Assembly: GCA_963701825.1 (NCBI GenBank)
Contig: CAVPBG010000002.1
Location: 731,669 to 795,668 of the forward strand
Source of the DNA: an uncultured Actinomycetes bacterium
Lineage (GTDB): Bacteria > Actinomycetota > Acidimicrobiia > IMCC26256 > PALSA-610
Length of the DNA: 64,000 bases
Direction: 5' to 3'
The position numbers were made by a program, and so were the translations under genes. Below the pieces are notes generated by a model that worked only from the letters and a program-made list of their open reading frames with translations, had not been told where the DNA came from and did no database searches. Positions 1-9,912 of this stretch are shown piece by piece; position 1 is the stretch's first letter; each line of letters opens with the position of its first letter.

Positions 1-5
1 CTACC

Positions 6-524
6 GTGCGCGCCGTGACCGACGCCGAACCCGCCAACTCGCCCATCAACGCCCTGCTCGCCCGCGTCGGCGGTGGCCTGTTCCAGCAGGCCTTTGTCGT
101 CGAGGACTTCGCCGGCGCGCAGGCGGCGACGCGCGCCACGTTGGGTTGCAGTGAGTTCGTGACGTTGCCCGCGACCGACATCGAATACGACTTCCGCGGC
201 GGGCGGACCACCTGCGCGATCGAGATCGGGTTCGCGCGCAGCGGCAACATCCAGATCGAGTTGCTCCGTCCGGTGCGCGGCGTCGGATTGCACTCCGAGT
301 TCCTGGCGAGCAACGGGCCCGGCGCGCATCATCTCGGCTTCCTGGTCGACGACCTCGACGCCGAGGTCGCGGCGGCGGGGGCGCTTGGGTTCATGCGCCT
401 GCAGGGTGCGACGTTCGGTGCGCTGCGGTTCGCCTACCTCGACACGTTCGATCAGTTCGGGCTCTACGTCGAGCTCGTCGAAGATCCCGAAGCCATGATG
501 ATGGCGCTCATGCCCTGGCGCTGA
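6..524 (+). CDS. VOC (glyoxalase/bleomycin-resistance/dioxygenase fold) family protein
   Basis: 172-aa ORF with balanced composition rather than the Arg/Ala/Pro-rich shadow-ORF type. FVVEDF, IQIELL and HHLGFLVDDLD segments are typical of VOC modules. The GTG at 6 is the first start in the window, so the true start could lie upstream. Confidence 0.75.
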   Translation: MRAVTDAEPANSPINALLARVGGGLFQQAFVVEDFAGAQAATRATLGCSEFVTLPATDIEYDFRGGRTTCAIEIGFARSGNIQIELLRPVRGVGLHSEFLASNGPGAHHLGFLVDDLDAEVAAAGALGFMRLQGATFGALRFAYLDTFDQFGLYVELVEDPEAMMMALMPWR

Positions 525-546
525 CACGCGCGTATTGCTTGATCGG

Positions 547-1824
547 TTACGGCTGGTCGAGTCGGGCGATGCGGTTCGACGCGCTGCGGATCTCGCCCTC
601 GAGCCAACTCGTGAGCCAGAAGTTCGCCCGTCCGTGCTCGGCGAGCAGCTGCTCGTGTGCACTCCGGTATGCCGTCAGCGCGCCGCGATGTTGCGGGTCG
701 GTCGGCGAGCACGAGCTCGCACAGTCGCACCGCGGCGAGTGCGTCGGTCGAGACGAGTGCCTGGCGCACGTGTCGCGACCGCATCGGCCCCGCCCGCCAG
801 ATCGATCAGCTCCGCGGCCGCGAATTCCGGCGCCGCGCCGTAGAGGTCGAGCGTCGAGTGCTGGTGGTACCAGCCCGCGTACGACTCCCAGATGGCGCGG
901 GCACTCCAGTCGATGCGGCCGTACGCCTCGCCGACCTCCAGGTGCTCCGGCAGGCGTGATCTCGCGCATCGCGGTCCACACGTCCTGACCGTCGTTCATC
1001 GCCGCGACCGTCGCGTCGTGCACGTACAGCGTCGCGTCGCGGATGCGTTCGCATTCGGCGCGAACGGTCGCCGCGCCGCGCACCGGTCCGTGATGGCCGA
1101 GCAGGAGCATCTCCGCGTCGAGGTCGATGACCGTCTGCACGGAATCGACGAACGCGAGCGCGCTGCGCATGCGGTCGCCGCGCATCGTGACGAGGTTCGG
1201 GAAGTGGCCGAACAGCGCGGAGAACATGTTGCCGACGAGGGCCACGCCGTCGTCGGGGAGCCACACGACCAGCGAGTCGATCGTCTCGCCGCCGGGCACG
1301 CTGATGAGCTCGAACCGGCGCCCGCCGCACTCGATCAGGTAGCGCTCGGCGAACGTCACGTCGGGTTCTGCGGGCTTGGCGAGCGGCGGGAGCTCGACCT
1401 CGTCGCCGCGCACGAAGTCGGGTTGGCCCATGACGTCCGCGAAGAACGGCAGCGATCGCCGGATACGCAGGCCGTGGATGCGGACGTCGTCGGCCTGGCA
1501 GGTTGCGATGTTGGATTGCGCGACCAGAACGGTCCCGTCCTCGCGGAAACGATCGATGCCACCGATGTGGTCGGTGTGGCTCTGCGTGAGCACGATGTAG
1601 CGCGTCGGCGCGGTCGTGACCGCGTCGTAGTTGCGCTTGTGGGTGCGGCCCTCGAACCACATACCGGTGTTGACCACGACGCGGCCGTCGTCGGTGGTGA
1701 CGAGGTAGCTGCTCGACATGCCGGGCGAGCACCAGATGCCGTGACCCATGTCGATCGCGGCCGGAGCCGACGCCGGTCCGACTGCGAAGAAGTCGGGCTG
1801 GTTGCGTACATAGTCGCTGGTCAC
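547..1824 (-). pseudogene. MBL-fold metallo-hydrolase with alkyl-sulfatase-like C-terminal helical domain; apparent frameshifts
   Basis: HTDHIGG metal motif sits in the 547..1959 frame. A GTG at 1824 is preceded by GGAGA. The sensible protein continues through three frames: MREIT | LPEHLEVGEAYGRIDWSARAIWESYAGWYHQHSTLDLYGAAPEF.. | QALVSTDALAAVRLCELVLADRP | DPQHRGALTAYRSAHEQLLAEHGRANFWL. That implies net +1 shifts near 955, 768 and 700. Confidence 0.75.
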
Positions 1825-1864
1825 GTGATCTCCACGGCTGAGTCGGCTCGGCAATCGACGATAT

Positions 1865-2560
1865 ATGACATCGTGCAAAGATGACGCCGTGAGTCCCGGG
1901 CCGGCGAGCAGCGAGTTCCCCGACGGGTTCTTCGCCCGCGGCGACGAAGGCGACGACACGCATTTCTACGCGTTCCCGCGCTACGTCACCCACATCGACG
2001 ATGGTGCGATCGCCGCGGTCGGCGCGTTGTACGACGAGCTCGGTGTACGCGGCGAGGTGCTCGATCTGATGAGCTCGTGGGTATCGCACTTCCGGGCGCG
2101 TCCCGACGCGCTGACGGTGCTCGGTATGAACGCCGACGAGCTCGCCGCGAATCCGCAGGCGCAGGCGTGGGTCGTGCACGATCTCAACGCGGATCCCGGT
2201 CTGCCGTTCGCCGACGACGCGTTCGATCACGCAACCTGTTGCGTCTCGGTCGACTACCTGACCCGTCCGGTCGACGTGTTCCGCGACGTGGCGCGGGTCG
2301 TACGCACGGGCGGGCTGTTCGTGTGCACTTTTTCGAATCGGCTCTTCCCGACGAAGGCGATCCGGGGCTGGCTGTATTCGCAGGACGCGGCGCACTGCGA
2401 GATCGTCGCGTCGTATTTCGCGAACGCGGGTGGCTTCGAACCCGCGACCTCCCGCCGGTGCGACACCCCGCTCGGCGGCGACCCGCTGTACGCGGTCTGG
2501 GCCCGCGTCGTCCAAAACCCACCAACAGTGGGCACGCTCACGCACCGCAGCGGTACGTGA
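1865..2560 (+). CDS. class I SAM-dependent methyltransferase
   Basis: 231-aa ORF divergent from the MBL gene. VLDLMSSW, VHDLN, CCVSVDYL and GGLFVCTFSN resemble Rossmann-fold methyltransferase motifs I-IV. An alternative GTG start lies near 1889. Confidence 0.85.
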   Translation: MTSCKDDAVSPGPASSEFPDGFFARGDEGDDTHFYAFPRYVTHIDDGAIAAVGALYDELGVRGEVLDLMSSWVSHFRARPDALTVLGMNADELAANPQAQAWVVHDLNADPGLPFADDAFDHATCCVSVDYLTRPVDVFRDVARVVRTGGLFVCTFSNRLFPTKAIRGWLYSQDAAHCEIVASYFANAGGFEPATSRRCDTPLGGDPLYAVWARVVQNPPTVGTLTHRSGT

Positions 2561-2580
2561 GCGTGCCCACTGTTGGTGGG
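2518..2580. terminator. 25-bp perfect inverted repeat (13-nt loop) between convergent genes; likely bidirectional intrinsic terminator or REP-like element
   Basis: Left arm 2518-2542 is cccaccaacagtgggcacgctcacg. Right arm 2556-2580 is its exact reverse complement. The loop is 2543-2555. It overlaps the last 14 codons of 1865..2560 and ends 8 nt before the stop of 2588..3409. There is no U-tract. Confidence 0.6.
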
Positions 2581-2587
2581 CTGGGGG

Positions 2588-3409
2588 TCAGGCCGGGCGG
2601 TGGGCCGCGAAGATCTGGAACGACACCGGGAAGCGTGACAGTCCGCCGGGCAGCCGAAACTGCGCCATGTGTTCGTCGAGGGCCCGCCGCGCGGCCGGGA
2701 TGACGTCGGCGGCGATGCCTATCGAGAGCAGCTGATCGTCGTTGGTGACCGCGTCTTCGGGTTGCTCGACGGTGATGTCGAAGGCGGTGCGCCGGACACC
2801 GGAAAACCCCGCGTCCCGCAGGATGCCTTCGGTCCGAGCCGGGTCGGCCAGCGCGAAGGGTCCCGTCGGCGCTTTGCCCGGGGCGGGCGGCGGCGGGGGA
2901 GCCACGAATGCCGACAGCGCGGCCCCGACGTTCCACGGGTTGCGCGCGGCCGCCTGCCAACAGGCGAACAACAGCCGGCCCTCGGGCCGCAGGTGGCCGG
3001 CGATGTTGCGGAACGCGGGAACCGGTTCGTCGAAGAACATCACGCCGAACTGGCTGAACGCGACGTCGAACGGCGCGCCCGCCACCGAGTCCGACTGCAT
3101 GTCGGCCAACTGGAACTCGAGGTTGGCCGCATTCGCGTCGCGCGCCCGGTCACTCGCCACCTCGAGGAGACGATCCGAGAGATCGGCGCCGGTCACGTGG
3201 CCCAGCGGCCCGACGCGCTCGGCGGCCTCGATCGTCGTACGGCCGCCGCCGCACCCGATGTCGAGCGCGTTCTCGCCCGGCGCGAGCGCCACCGCGTCGA
3301 GCAGGTAGGGCGTGACCGTCGCGGCAAACCGCTCGCGCCGTAGCCAGACTGCGATCCAGTCCTCGTCGTTCCACCGCTCCCGTTCGGCTGCGTTCGCAGA
3401 TGCGTCCAT
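2588..3409 (-). CDS. class I SAM-dependent methyltransferase
   Basis: This is the C-terminal 273 aa of the 981-aa track ORF; only this part looks real. ALDIGCGGG (motif I), GADLS, DVAFSQFGVMFF and GRLLFACW are present. The ATG at 3409 gives MDASANAAERERW; an alternative ATG is at 3469. Confidence 0.85.
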   Translation of the reverse strand: MDASANAAERERWNDEDWIAVWLRRERFAATVTPYLLDAVALAPGENALDIGCGGGRTTIEAAERVGPLGHVTGADLSDRLLEVASDRARDANAANLEFQLADMQSDSVAGAPFDVAFSQFGVMFFDEPVPAFRNIAGHLRPEGRLLFACWQAAARNPWNVGAALSAFVAPPPPPAPGKAPTGPFALADPARTEGILRDAGFSGVRRTAFDITVEQPEDAVTNDDQLLSIGIAADVIPAARRALDEHMAQFRLPGGLSRFPVSFQIFAAHRPA

Positions 3410-3505
3410 CGACGCGCACGCTAGTGCCGTCGTCAGATTCACGGCAGGAAGTAGATATCGCTGCTTCATCGGGGAGACACGCCGGCGATCAGCGCATAGA
3501 CCAGG

Positions 3506-5070
3506 GTGGGCGTAGTGGGTGATTTGCTCGACGCCTATAAGCCGATCGACGCGTGGGACGAGATGTTCGACGCGGAAGGCGAAACGCGGCTCGACTACCG
3601 CGCGCTCTATGAGCATGTGCAAACGCTGTCGAAGCAGGACTTCGACGAGCGGTGCGTCACCCGCGACCGCGTCTTCCGCGACCAGGGCATCACGTTCGCG
3701 CACTCGGGCGAGGAGCGGCCGTTCCCGCTCGACCTCGTCCCCCGGGTCATCTCCGCGACCGAGTGGTCGCTGATCGAGCGGGGTGTCGCGCAGCGTGTGC
3801 GTGCGCTCGAACGATTCCTCGACGACGTGTACGGGCCGGGCGAGATCATGCGGGCGGGGGTCGTTCCCCGGCGGCTCGTCGTCACGTCGTCGCACTTCCA
3901 CCGCGCGGCTTGCGGCGGAATCGCGCCGCCGCGCGGCGTGCGCGTGCACGTGGCCGGCATCGACCTCGTACGCGACGCGGCGGGAAAGATGTGCGTGCTC
4001 GAGGACAACATCCGGATCCCGTCGGGGATCTCGTACGTCGTCGAGAACCGGCGGGCGATGACCCACGTGTTCCCCGAGCTGTTCGCCGCGCACCGCGTGC
4101 AACCCGTTTCCGACTATCCGGCGCGGCTCCTGCAGACGTTGGTCGCAACCGCGCCGCGCGGCGTCGACGACCCGCGCGTCGTGTTGCTGACCCCGGGCGT
4201 GCACAACGCCGCGTACTTCGAGCACTCGTTCCTCGCGCGGCAGATGGGTGTCGAGCTCGTCGAGGGTCGCGACCTCGTGTGCCGCGACAACGTGCTCTAC
4301 ATGCTCACGACCGGCGGTGAGGAGCGCGTCGACGTGGTCTATCGCCGCGTCGACGACGAGTGCCTCGACCCCCTCCACTTCGATCCCACGTCGATGTTGG
4401 GCTGCGCGGGCATCGTCAACGCGGCGCGCGCGGGCAACGTCACGATCGCGAACTTCCTCGGCAACGGTGTGGCCGACGACAAGGCCGTGTATCCGTACGT
4501 GCCCGCGATGATCGAGTTCTATCTCGGTGAGCGGCCGCTGCTCGCGAACGTCGAGACGTTCATGCTCGAAGACGACGAAGTGCGCTCGTGGGCGCTCGAT
4601 CGTCTCGACCAGCTCGTGTGGAAACCGGCCGACGGATCGGGGGGCAAGGGGATCGTCATCGGGCCCCGCGCCGACGCCGAGGCGCTCGAAGCCGTGCGCC
4701 GGGCCGTCGATGCCGCGCCCCGATCGTGGATCGCGCAGGTTCCGGTGGCCCTCTCGACCGCGCCGACGTATGTCGACACGGGCATGCGACCGCGCCACCT
4801 CGACCTGCGCCCGTTCGCGCTCAACGACGGCGAGAACATCTGGGTCGTGCCCGGTGGCCTCACGCGCGTCGCGCTCGAACGAGGGCAGTCTGGTCGTCAA
4901 CTCGAGCCAGGGCGGCGGGCTCGAAGGACACGTGGGTCCTGGCGCCCGACGGCGCGGAGATCGAGCACGAGACGACGGATCTCGACGGCGAGATCGAGTG
5001 CGAGCCCTTGGCGCGCCAGCCGTTCGACATGTTGGTCGGCGCGCCCGAACAGGCGGCCCAGCAACAATGA
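3506..5070 (+). pseudogene. circularly permuted type-2 ATP-grasp protein (COG2308-like); apparent frameshifts
   Basis: About 455 aa are clean in the 3506 frame. The conserved C-terminus is then split across frames: GGLTRVAL | NEGSLVVNSSQGGG | SKDTWVLAPDG...QQQ*. That implies two net +1 shifts near 4878 and 4919. The stop is at 5068-5070. Confidence 0.85.
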
Positions 5071-5083
5071 CCGCCGGACTGCC

Positions 5084-6021
5084 GTGCTGAGCCGCATCGC
5101 GGAATCGCTGTACTGGCTCGGCCGCTATGCGGAGCGGGCGGAGGCGACGGCGCGGATTCTCGACGTCTACTCGCACGCGTTGTTCGAAGACCGCGTCGGC
5201 GGCGAGGAGTCGGCGTGCCGGCGCCTCGTCGAGGCGATGGGTGCCGCGGAAGCGGCTTCCCTCATGGAAGTCGAGACGAACATCGAGTCGTTGGTCGGCT
5301 TCTTCGTCGACGATCCGCGGTTCGCGGGTTCGGTGGTCCGCTCGCTCGAGGCGATGTGGGAGAACGCCCGTGGGGCACGGGAGGCGATGTCGTCGGAGAT
5401 GTGGGGGAGCATCAACACCACCCACAGCGCGCTCGACGCCCGGCGCGGCCGCTCGATGTACGCGCAGCACGGTTTCCTCGGCGTGGGTCCGCGACCGCGC
5501 CGCGATCGTGTCGGGCCTCGCCGACGCCACCATGAGTCACGACGACACCTGGCGCTTCATCGTTCTCGGTCGTTCCCTGGAACGCGTCGATCTGACCGTG
5601 CGTCTGCTCTCGACGCGGCTGGGCGACGCGTGGGGGAGCGCCGGTTGGGTCGCGACCCTGCGCTGCTGCGCCGCGTACGAGTCGTACCTGCGCACGTATC
5701 GCCGTGGTGTCGAAGGATCCAAGGCGCTCGAGTTCCTGCTTGCTCGACCGGTTGTTCCCCCGTTCGGTGTTCCATGCGCTCGGCGCGGCGGAGACGGTCC
5801 TGTTCGATCTCGATCCCGGGTCCGACCGCCACGGCGCGGGCAGCGAACCGCGCCGCGTCGTCGGCCGTGCGTGTGCCGATCTCGAGTTCATCCGCGTCGC
5901 CGAGCTCGAGCGTTCGTTGCCCGAGCACCTGGCCCGGCTCGAACGTGCGTGCTCGCACTCGCACGACGTCATCGCCAAACGGTTCTTCAACAATGCGGTC
6001 GCGATCCGGTGGAGCGCCTGA
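5084..6021 (+). pseudogene. alpha-E domain-containing protein (COG2307-like); apparent frameshifts
   Basis: The GTG at 5084 gives the family-typical N-terminus MLSRIAESLYWLGRYAERAE. The sensible sequence moves frame near 5480 (..YAQHGFL | WVRDRAAIVSGLADATMSHDDTWRF..) and again near 5742 (..ALEFLL | DRLFPRSVFHALGAAE..). It ends at a TGATG overlap with the next gene. Confidence 0.8.
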
Positions 6022-6864
6022 TGGCCTGGCGCCTGTCGATCGAACACGTCACCAGTTACGAATACGAAGGGGAGGTACTCGCGTCGTACAACGAGGCGCG
6101 CATGAGCCCGGCCCGCGACTCGACGCAGATGGTCCTCGACCATCGCGTCGACGTGCGGCCGAGCGTCCCGGTCATGCGCTACGTCGACTACTGGGGCACC
6201 GAAGTGAGCGCGTTCGACGTGCACGAGCCGCACGAACGGCTCATCGTCGCGTCGCGGTCACTGGTCGAAACCATCGCAGCTGTTCCCGATGTCACCGACA
6301 CCGATTGGGAGGTCCTGTCCGATGAAGACGTACGCGACCGCTTCTACGAATACCTTCACTCGTCGGTCCATGTTCCTGTCGACGACGCATTCCGTGAGAC
6401 CGCGTCGGTTATCTCCGAAGGCCGTACCCCGCGCGAGACCGTCGAGGCGGTCAGCGCGTGGGTCCGCGAGAGGCTCGCGTACGAGACCGGCGCGACCGAC
6501 GTCTCGACGAACGCGCGGGCCGCCCTCGAGCTCGGTCGTGGCGTTTGCCAGGACTTCGTCCATGTCGCGCTCGGCGTTGCTGCGGGCGGCCGGAATCCCG
6601 GCGCGGTACGCGTCGGGTTACCTGCACCCCGATGTCGACGCCGCGGTCGATGCGGCCGTCACCGGACAGAGTCACGCCTGGCTCGAAGCGTGGACGGGGT
6701 CCTGGCAACGCGTCGATCCGACCAGCGGCACCGAGGTCGGAGAACGGCACGTGCTCGTCGCGCGCGGGCGCGACTACGCCGACGTCTCGCCGCTCAAAGG
6801 TGTGTACAACGGACCGGCCGCCCGTTCGAGCGAGGTCCGCGTGACGATCCGCCGCGTCGCCTGA
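6021..6864 (+). pseudogene. transglutaminase-like cysteine peptidase family protein (COG1305-like); apparent frameshift
   Basis: MAWRLSIEHVTSYEYEG is a typical N-terminal Bact_transglu_N start. The catalytic region GRGVCQDFVH | ..ALLRAAGIPARYASGYLHPD...SHAWLEAW is split by one net +1 shift near 6562. Confidence 0.8.
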
Positions 6865-6877
6865 CGCCGCGCCGTCA

Positions 6878-8389
6878 TCAGACTTTGACGTTCGCCGCCT
6901 CGGCCAGGATCGGGGCGCGGTCGACCGGTAGCAGGTAACCCTTCGCGATGGCCGCGTCCGTCGCCGTGGTGAACTTCGAGAGATAGTCCGCCTCGGTCGG
7001 GTAGAGCCGGGCCAGCGTCGCCGCGCTGAACGGCTTGGTGCTGCCGAACAAGGCGCACAGCGTCTTGGTGCCCTTGGGCGCATCGCCCGACAACGTCGCG
7101 ACGGGAACGTCGTTCGCGCCGGTCCGCACCCCGCCGATGGCGTTGCCCATTGCGTCACGTTGGACGACCGGCGCACCCTTCACGAGCGCGACCTGCATGC
7201 GCGGTGCGCTGGGCGGCGGCGTGCTCGTGCGCACCCACGTGTCGAGGTGAGTGAGCGCGGCGGCCACGAGGTAGTGCGTCGGCGCGGTGTTGACCGTGCC
7301 CGTGCACCCGAGCACTGTCGTGAGAATCGACGCGTTCCCGCCGACGATGTATGCGTCGGCATGCGCGGCGCCCGCGATGTCCCAGAGCCGGATGTTCGGC
7401 CCGTCCGGTTGGCGGGCGCGGAAATATCCCAGCTCCGCTTCGTCGGTTTCCGTCTCGAAGAGGAACACGGGCACGTCGATGTCGTCGCGGATCCGGATCC
7501 CACCGGTGAGCGCGCCCTGCGCGCTGCCTCCGCCGCCCGCGAGCGGGGTCGCGCCGCCGCCCCGGCTGTACACGAAGAAGCCGTCGAAGATGCGCGCGCC
7601 GGGTTGGATCGCGTCGATGTACGTGGTGAGCTCGAATGCCGATTGCGACTCACCGATGGCCAGCACCCGTGCGGGTCGCAACCCGTCGAGCTGCGCGCTC
7701 GCGCCCGGCGCGCGCAGTGCGCGTGCGGCCTGGGAGAAGATGTCGAGCGCGTACTGGTCGCCGGGGTGGTGCAGCGATCCGTAGCGGGCCGGGTCGGTGC
7801 CGACGAGCCCACCCATGGGCGCGCCCGCGATCGGAAGCAGGCCGCCGCCGCCGGACACCCCGACCTTCTGCACGGAGACCCCGACCCAGCCGTAGCCGGC
7901 ACGCGTCAGCTCGTTGCCCGCGTACGCGAAGACGGGATCGGTGTCGGAACCGGCGGTGACGTTCAACCACTCGACGAGCAGCGTCCCGTTGAATTTCTTC
8001 GCGCTGGTCGGCACGCGCACGATGATGCGCGTGCGGTACGCCGCAGTGCTCTGCGGGGCGACGGTCCACTTGCCGTCGCTTCCCTGCGCGCCGGCACTCT
8101 TGTACGCGGTTGCGTTCCCGGTCGCGAAGTACTCGTTGTCCGAGTAGCCCAGCTTGGTCAGGTCGACCGGCACCGATTCCGTCAACGCGATGCCCTTGCC
8201 GCCCGTGATCGGTCCGCTGAGCACCGCGGCCGGACCGGGCGCCATCGGGGCGCGCGCGGTCGGCGTGGTCGTGCCCGCGGGCGCGGTCGTCACCGACGGG
8301 CTTGTCGTGTGCGACGACGACGAACACCCGGCGAACACCAGGATCGCACCGAGGGCGCAGGCAACGGTGACGTGAATATGGCGGCTCAT
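6878..8389 (-). CDS. lipoprotein, alpha/beta hydrolase domain protein (Ser nucleophile GESQS)
   Basis: The ATG at 8389 gives MSRHIHVTVACALGAILVFAGCSSS, a lipobox (FAGC). The 503-aa ORF is intact and has a GESQSA nucleophile-elbow-like motif. The 73 aa upstream in the track ORF look spurious. Confidence 0.8.
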   Translation of the reverse strand: MSRHIHVTVACALGAILVFAGCSSSSHTTSPSVTTAPAGTTTPTARAPMAPGPAAVLSGPITGGKGIALTESVPVDLTKLGYSDNEYFATGNATAYKSAGAQGSDGKWTVAPQSTAAYRTRIIVRVPTSAKKFNGTLLVEWLNVTAGSDTDPVFAYAGNELTRAGYGWVGVSVQKVGVSGGGGLLPIAGAPMGGLVGTDPARYGSLHHPGDQYALDIFSQAARALRAPGASAQLDGLRPARVLAIGESQSAFELTTYIDAIQPGARIFDGFFVYSRGGGATPLAGGGGSAQGALTGGIRIRDDIDVPVFLFETETDEAELGYFRARQPDGPNIRLWDIAGAAHADAYIVGGNASILTTVLGCTGTVNTAPTHYLVAAALTHLDTWVRTSTPPPSAPRMQVALVKGAPVVQRDAMGNAIGGVRTGANDVPVATLSGDAPKGTKTLCALFGSTKPFSAATLARLYPTEADYLSKFTTATDAAIAKGYLLPVDRAPILAEAANVKV

Positions 8390-8420
8390 CCGGCGGAGTC
8401 TGGCATGCGGGCGTCGTAGC

Positions 8421-8843
8421 GTGGGGGCGATGGACGAAACCGAGATGCGGCGCCGGTTCGCGGCCGCGCCGGTCGCGCGGCTCGCCACGGTGACGCCGGG
8501 CGGGCGGCCCCACCTCGTTCCGTGTTGCTTCGCGCTCGTCGACAACGCCGTGTACTCCGCCGTAGACGCCAAGCCGAAGTCGACCACGGCGCTGCGCCGG
8601 CTCGACAACCTGCGGGCGCATCCGGAGGCCGCGCTCCTGGTCGATCACTACTCCGACGACTGGTCGTCCCTCTGGTGGATCCGCGCCGACGGAGACGGCC
8701 GCGTCCTCGAATCCGGCGCCGAGCACGACGCCGCCATCTCCCAGCTCACCCGCAAGTATCCGATCTACGAGACCGACCCGCCGCCGGGTGCGGTGATCGC
8801 GATTCACGTGCGCACATGGCACGGATGGTCGGCCCGATCCTGA
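8421..8843 (+). CDS. PPOX-class (pyridoxamine 5'-phosphate oxidase-like) F420-dependent oxidoreductase family protein
   Basis: ARLATVTPGGRPHLVPCCFAL...LWWIRADG resembles split-barrel PPOX/F420-dependent proteins. An alternative ATG start is at 8430. Confidence 0.75.
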   Translation: MGAMDETEMRRRFAAAPVARLATVTPGGRPHLVPCCFALVDNAVYSAVDAKPKSTTALRRLDNLRAHPEAALLVDHYSDDWSSLWWIRADGDGRVLESGAEHDAAISQLTRKYPIYETDPPPGAVIAIHVRTWHGWSARS

Positions 8844-8876
8844 CGATTTCGGGTCGGAGGCGCGTCCGGTGCCACG

Positions 8877-9881
8877 GTGGCGCCCCCTACGCTGGAAGCG
8901 GTGACCGACGACGCCGATTCCGATCTCGAGACCATCCCGCTGCGGCCGTGGACCGGGACGCACGGCCCCGGGGGGCCGCCCGCGTCGCCGTACGAAACGT
9001 CGTCGCCGTCGGAGCCGTCGGAGCCGTCGGCACCGCGCGGTAGCCGCGACTCACTCGTCGCGCTTGTTGCCGCGATCGTGGTGGTCTCCTTGGTCGTCGG
9101 CTTCGCCGTCGCAACCCTCGTCCTGAACGGACGCGACTCCAGCTCGAGCAGCTTGTCGACCGACCCGAGCATCACCACGCCGAACTCGCTCCCGAACTTT
9201 CCGTTCCTGCCCCTCACGCCGACGACGACGCCGTCGTCGACGACCCCGCCTTCGACGACACCTTCGACCACACCCCGACCGGCCGATCCCGACGAAGCGT
9301 TTCTCGGTGGGCTCCTCGTGCAGCAGAAGGATGTTCCGGTGGCCGACATCGTGCAGTTGCTCGATCAGGGCACCGATCTCGGAGTGGCCACTCTCGATCT
9401 CTGCAACGGAACCTTTCCGAGTGAGGCGTTGCGTACCGCGCGGCGCCAGGTCGCGGTCACGAACGGCACCGGCACGGTGTTGAGCACGGAGGCGGTGCTG
9501 TACGGCGCGGCGTCGGGTGGTGCCCAAGCGCTGGCCGAACTGAAGTCGGTCACCGCGCATTGCCCGGCGACTCCGGTTCCGAGCCCCGTCGGTGAGCGCA
9601 CGGTCGCCACCGACTTCGGGCCCACGCCCGACGGTGCCTGGCCGCACACCGCCTCGGTCGACCGTCTCGCGTACGACTTCGTCACCGTCGATCCGAGCAC
9701 GGCTACGCCGGCACACAACGTCGCGGTCTACCTCCGCCGTGGGCGGGTGCTGATGGGCATCTACTTCCCGCAACCCGACGGACCGCAGGTTGCGGTGGAG
9801 GGGCACACGACGATCCCCGGGATCGTCGGCGTGTTCGAAGCGCGCATGGCGAACCTGCCGGCGTCCCTCGTCAACGGCTGA
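8877..9881 (+). CDS. membrane-anchored hypothetical protein with Ser/Thr/Pro-rich linker
   Basis: A single TM helix (LVALVAAIVVVSLVVGFAVATLVL) is followed by a TTPSSTTPPSTTPSTTP linker and a globular C-terminal domain. I recognise no family. Confidence 0.65.
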   Translation: MAPPTLEAVTDDADSDLETIPLRPWTGTHGPGGPPASPYETSSPSEPSEPSAPRGSRDSLVALVAAIVVVSLVVGFAVATLVLNGRDSSSSSLSTDPSITTPNSLPNFPFLPLTPTTTPSSTTPPSTTPSTTPRPADPDEAFLGGLLVQQKDVPVADIVQLLDQGTDLGVATLDLCNGTFPSEALRTARRQVAVTNGTGTVLSTEAVLYGAASGGAQALAELKSVTAHCPATPVPSPVGERTVATDFGPTPDGAWPHTASVDRLAYDFVTVDPSTATPAHNVAVYLRRGRVLMGIYFPQPDGPQVAVEGHTTIPGIVGVFEARMANLPASLVNG

Positions 9882-9912
9882 CGGCCGCGGCCAAAGGTGT
9901 CACGATGTCGGC

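Noticed and set aside
806-2545. 579-aa minus-strand ORF spanning the MBL and methyltransferase genes
   Set aside because: It has extreme Arg/Pro/Ala composition and no motifs, and it overlaps two convincing genes in other frames. Only a ~60-aa piece of this frame is used, as one segment of the frameshifted MBL gene.
2588-5533. 981-aa ORF on the minus strand, the longest in the track
   Set aside because: Only the C-terminal 273 aa (2588-3409) look like a real methyltransferase. The rest is Arg/Asp/His/Val-rich, runs antisense to the well-conserved ATP-grasp and alpha-E genes, and is typical of a high-GC shadow ORF.
8980-9290. Short tandem nucleotide repeats (gccgtcggagccgtcggagccgtcggcaccg; Thr/Pro/Ser codon runs)
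   Set aside because: They encode the SEPSEPSAP and TTPSSTTPPSTTPSTTP low-complexity linkers of the membrane-anchored protein. This is ordinary linker microsatellite-like sequence.
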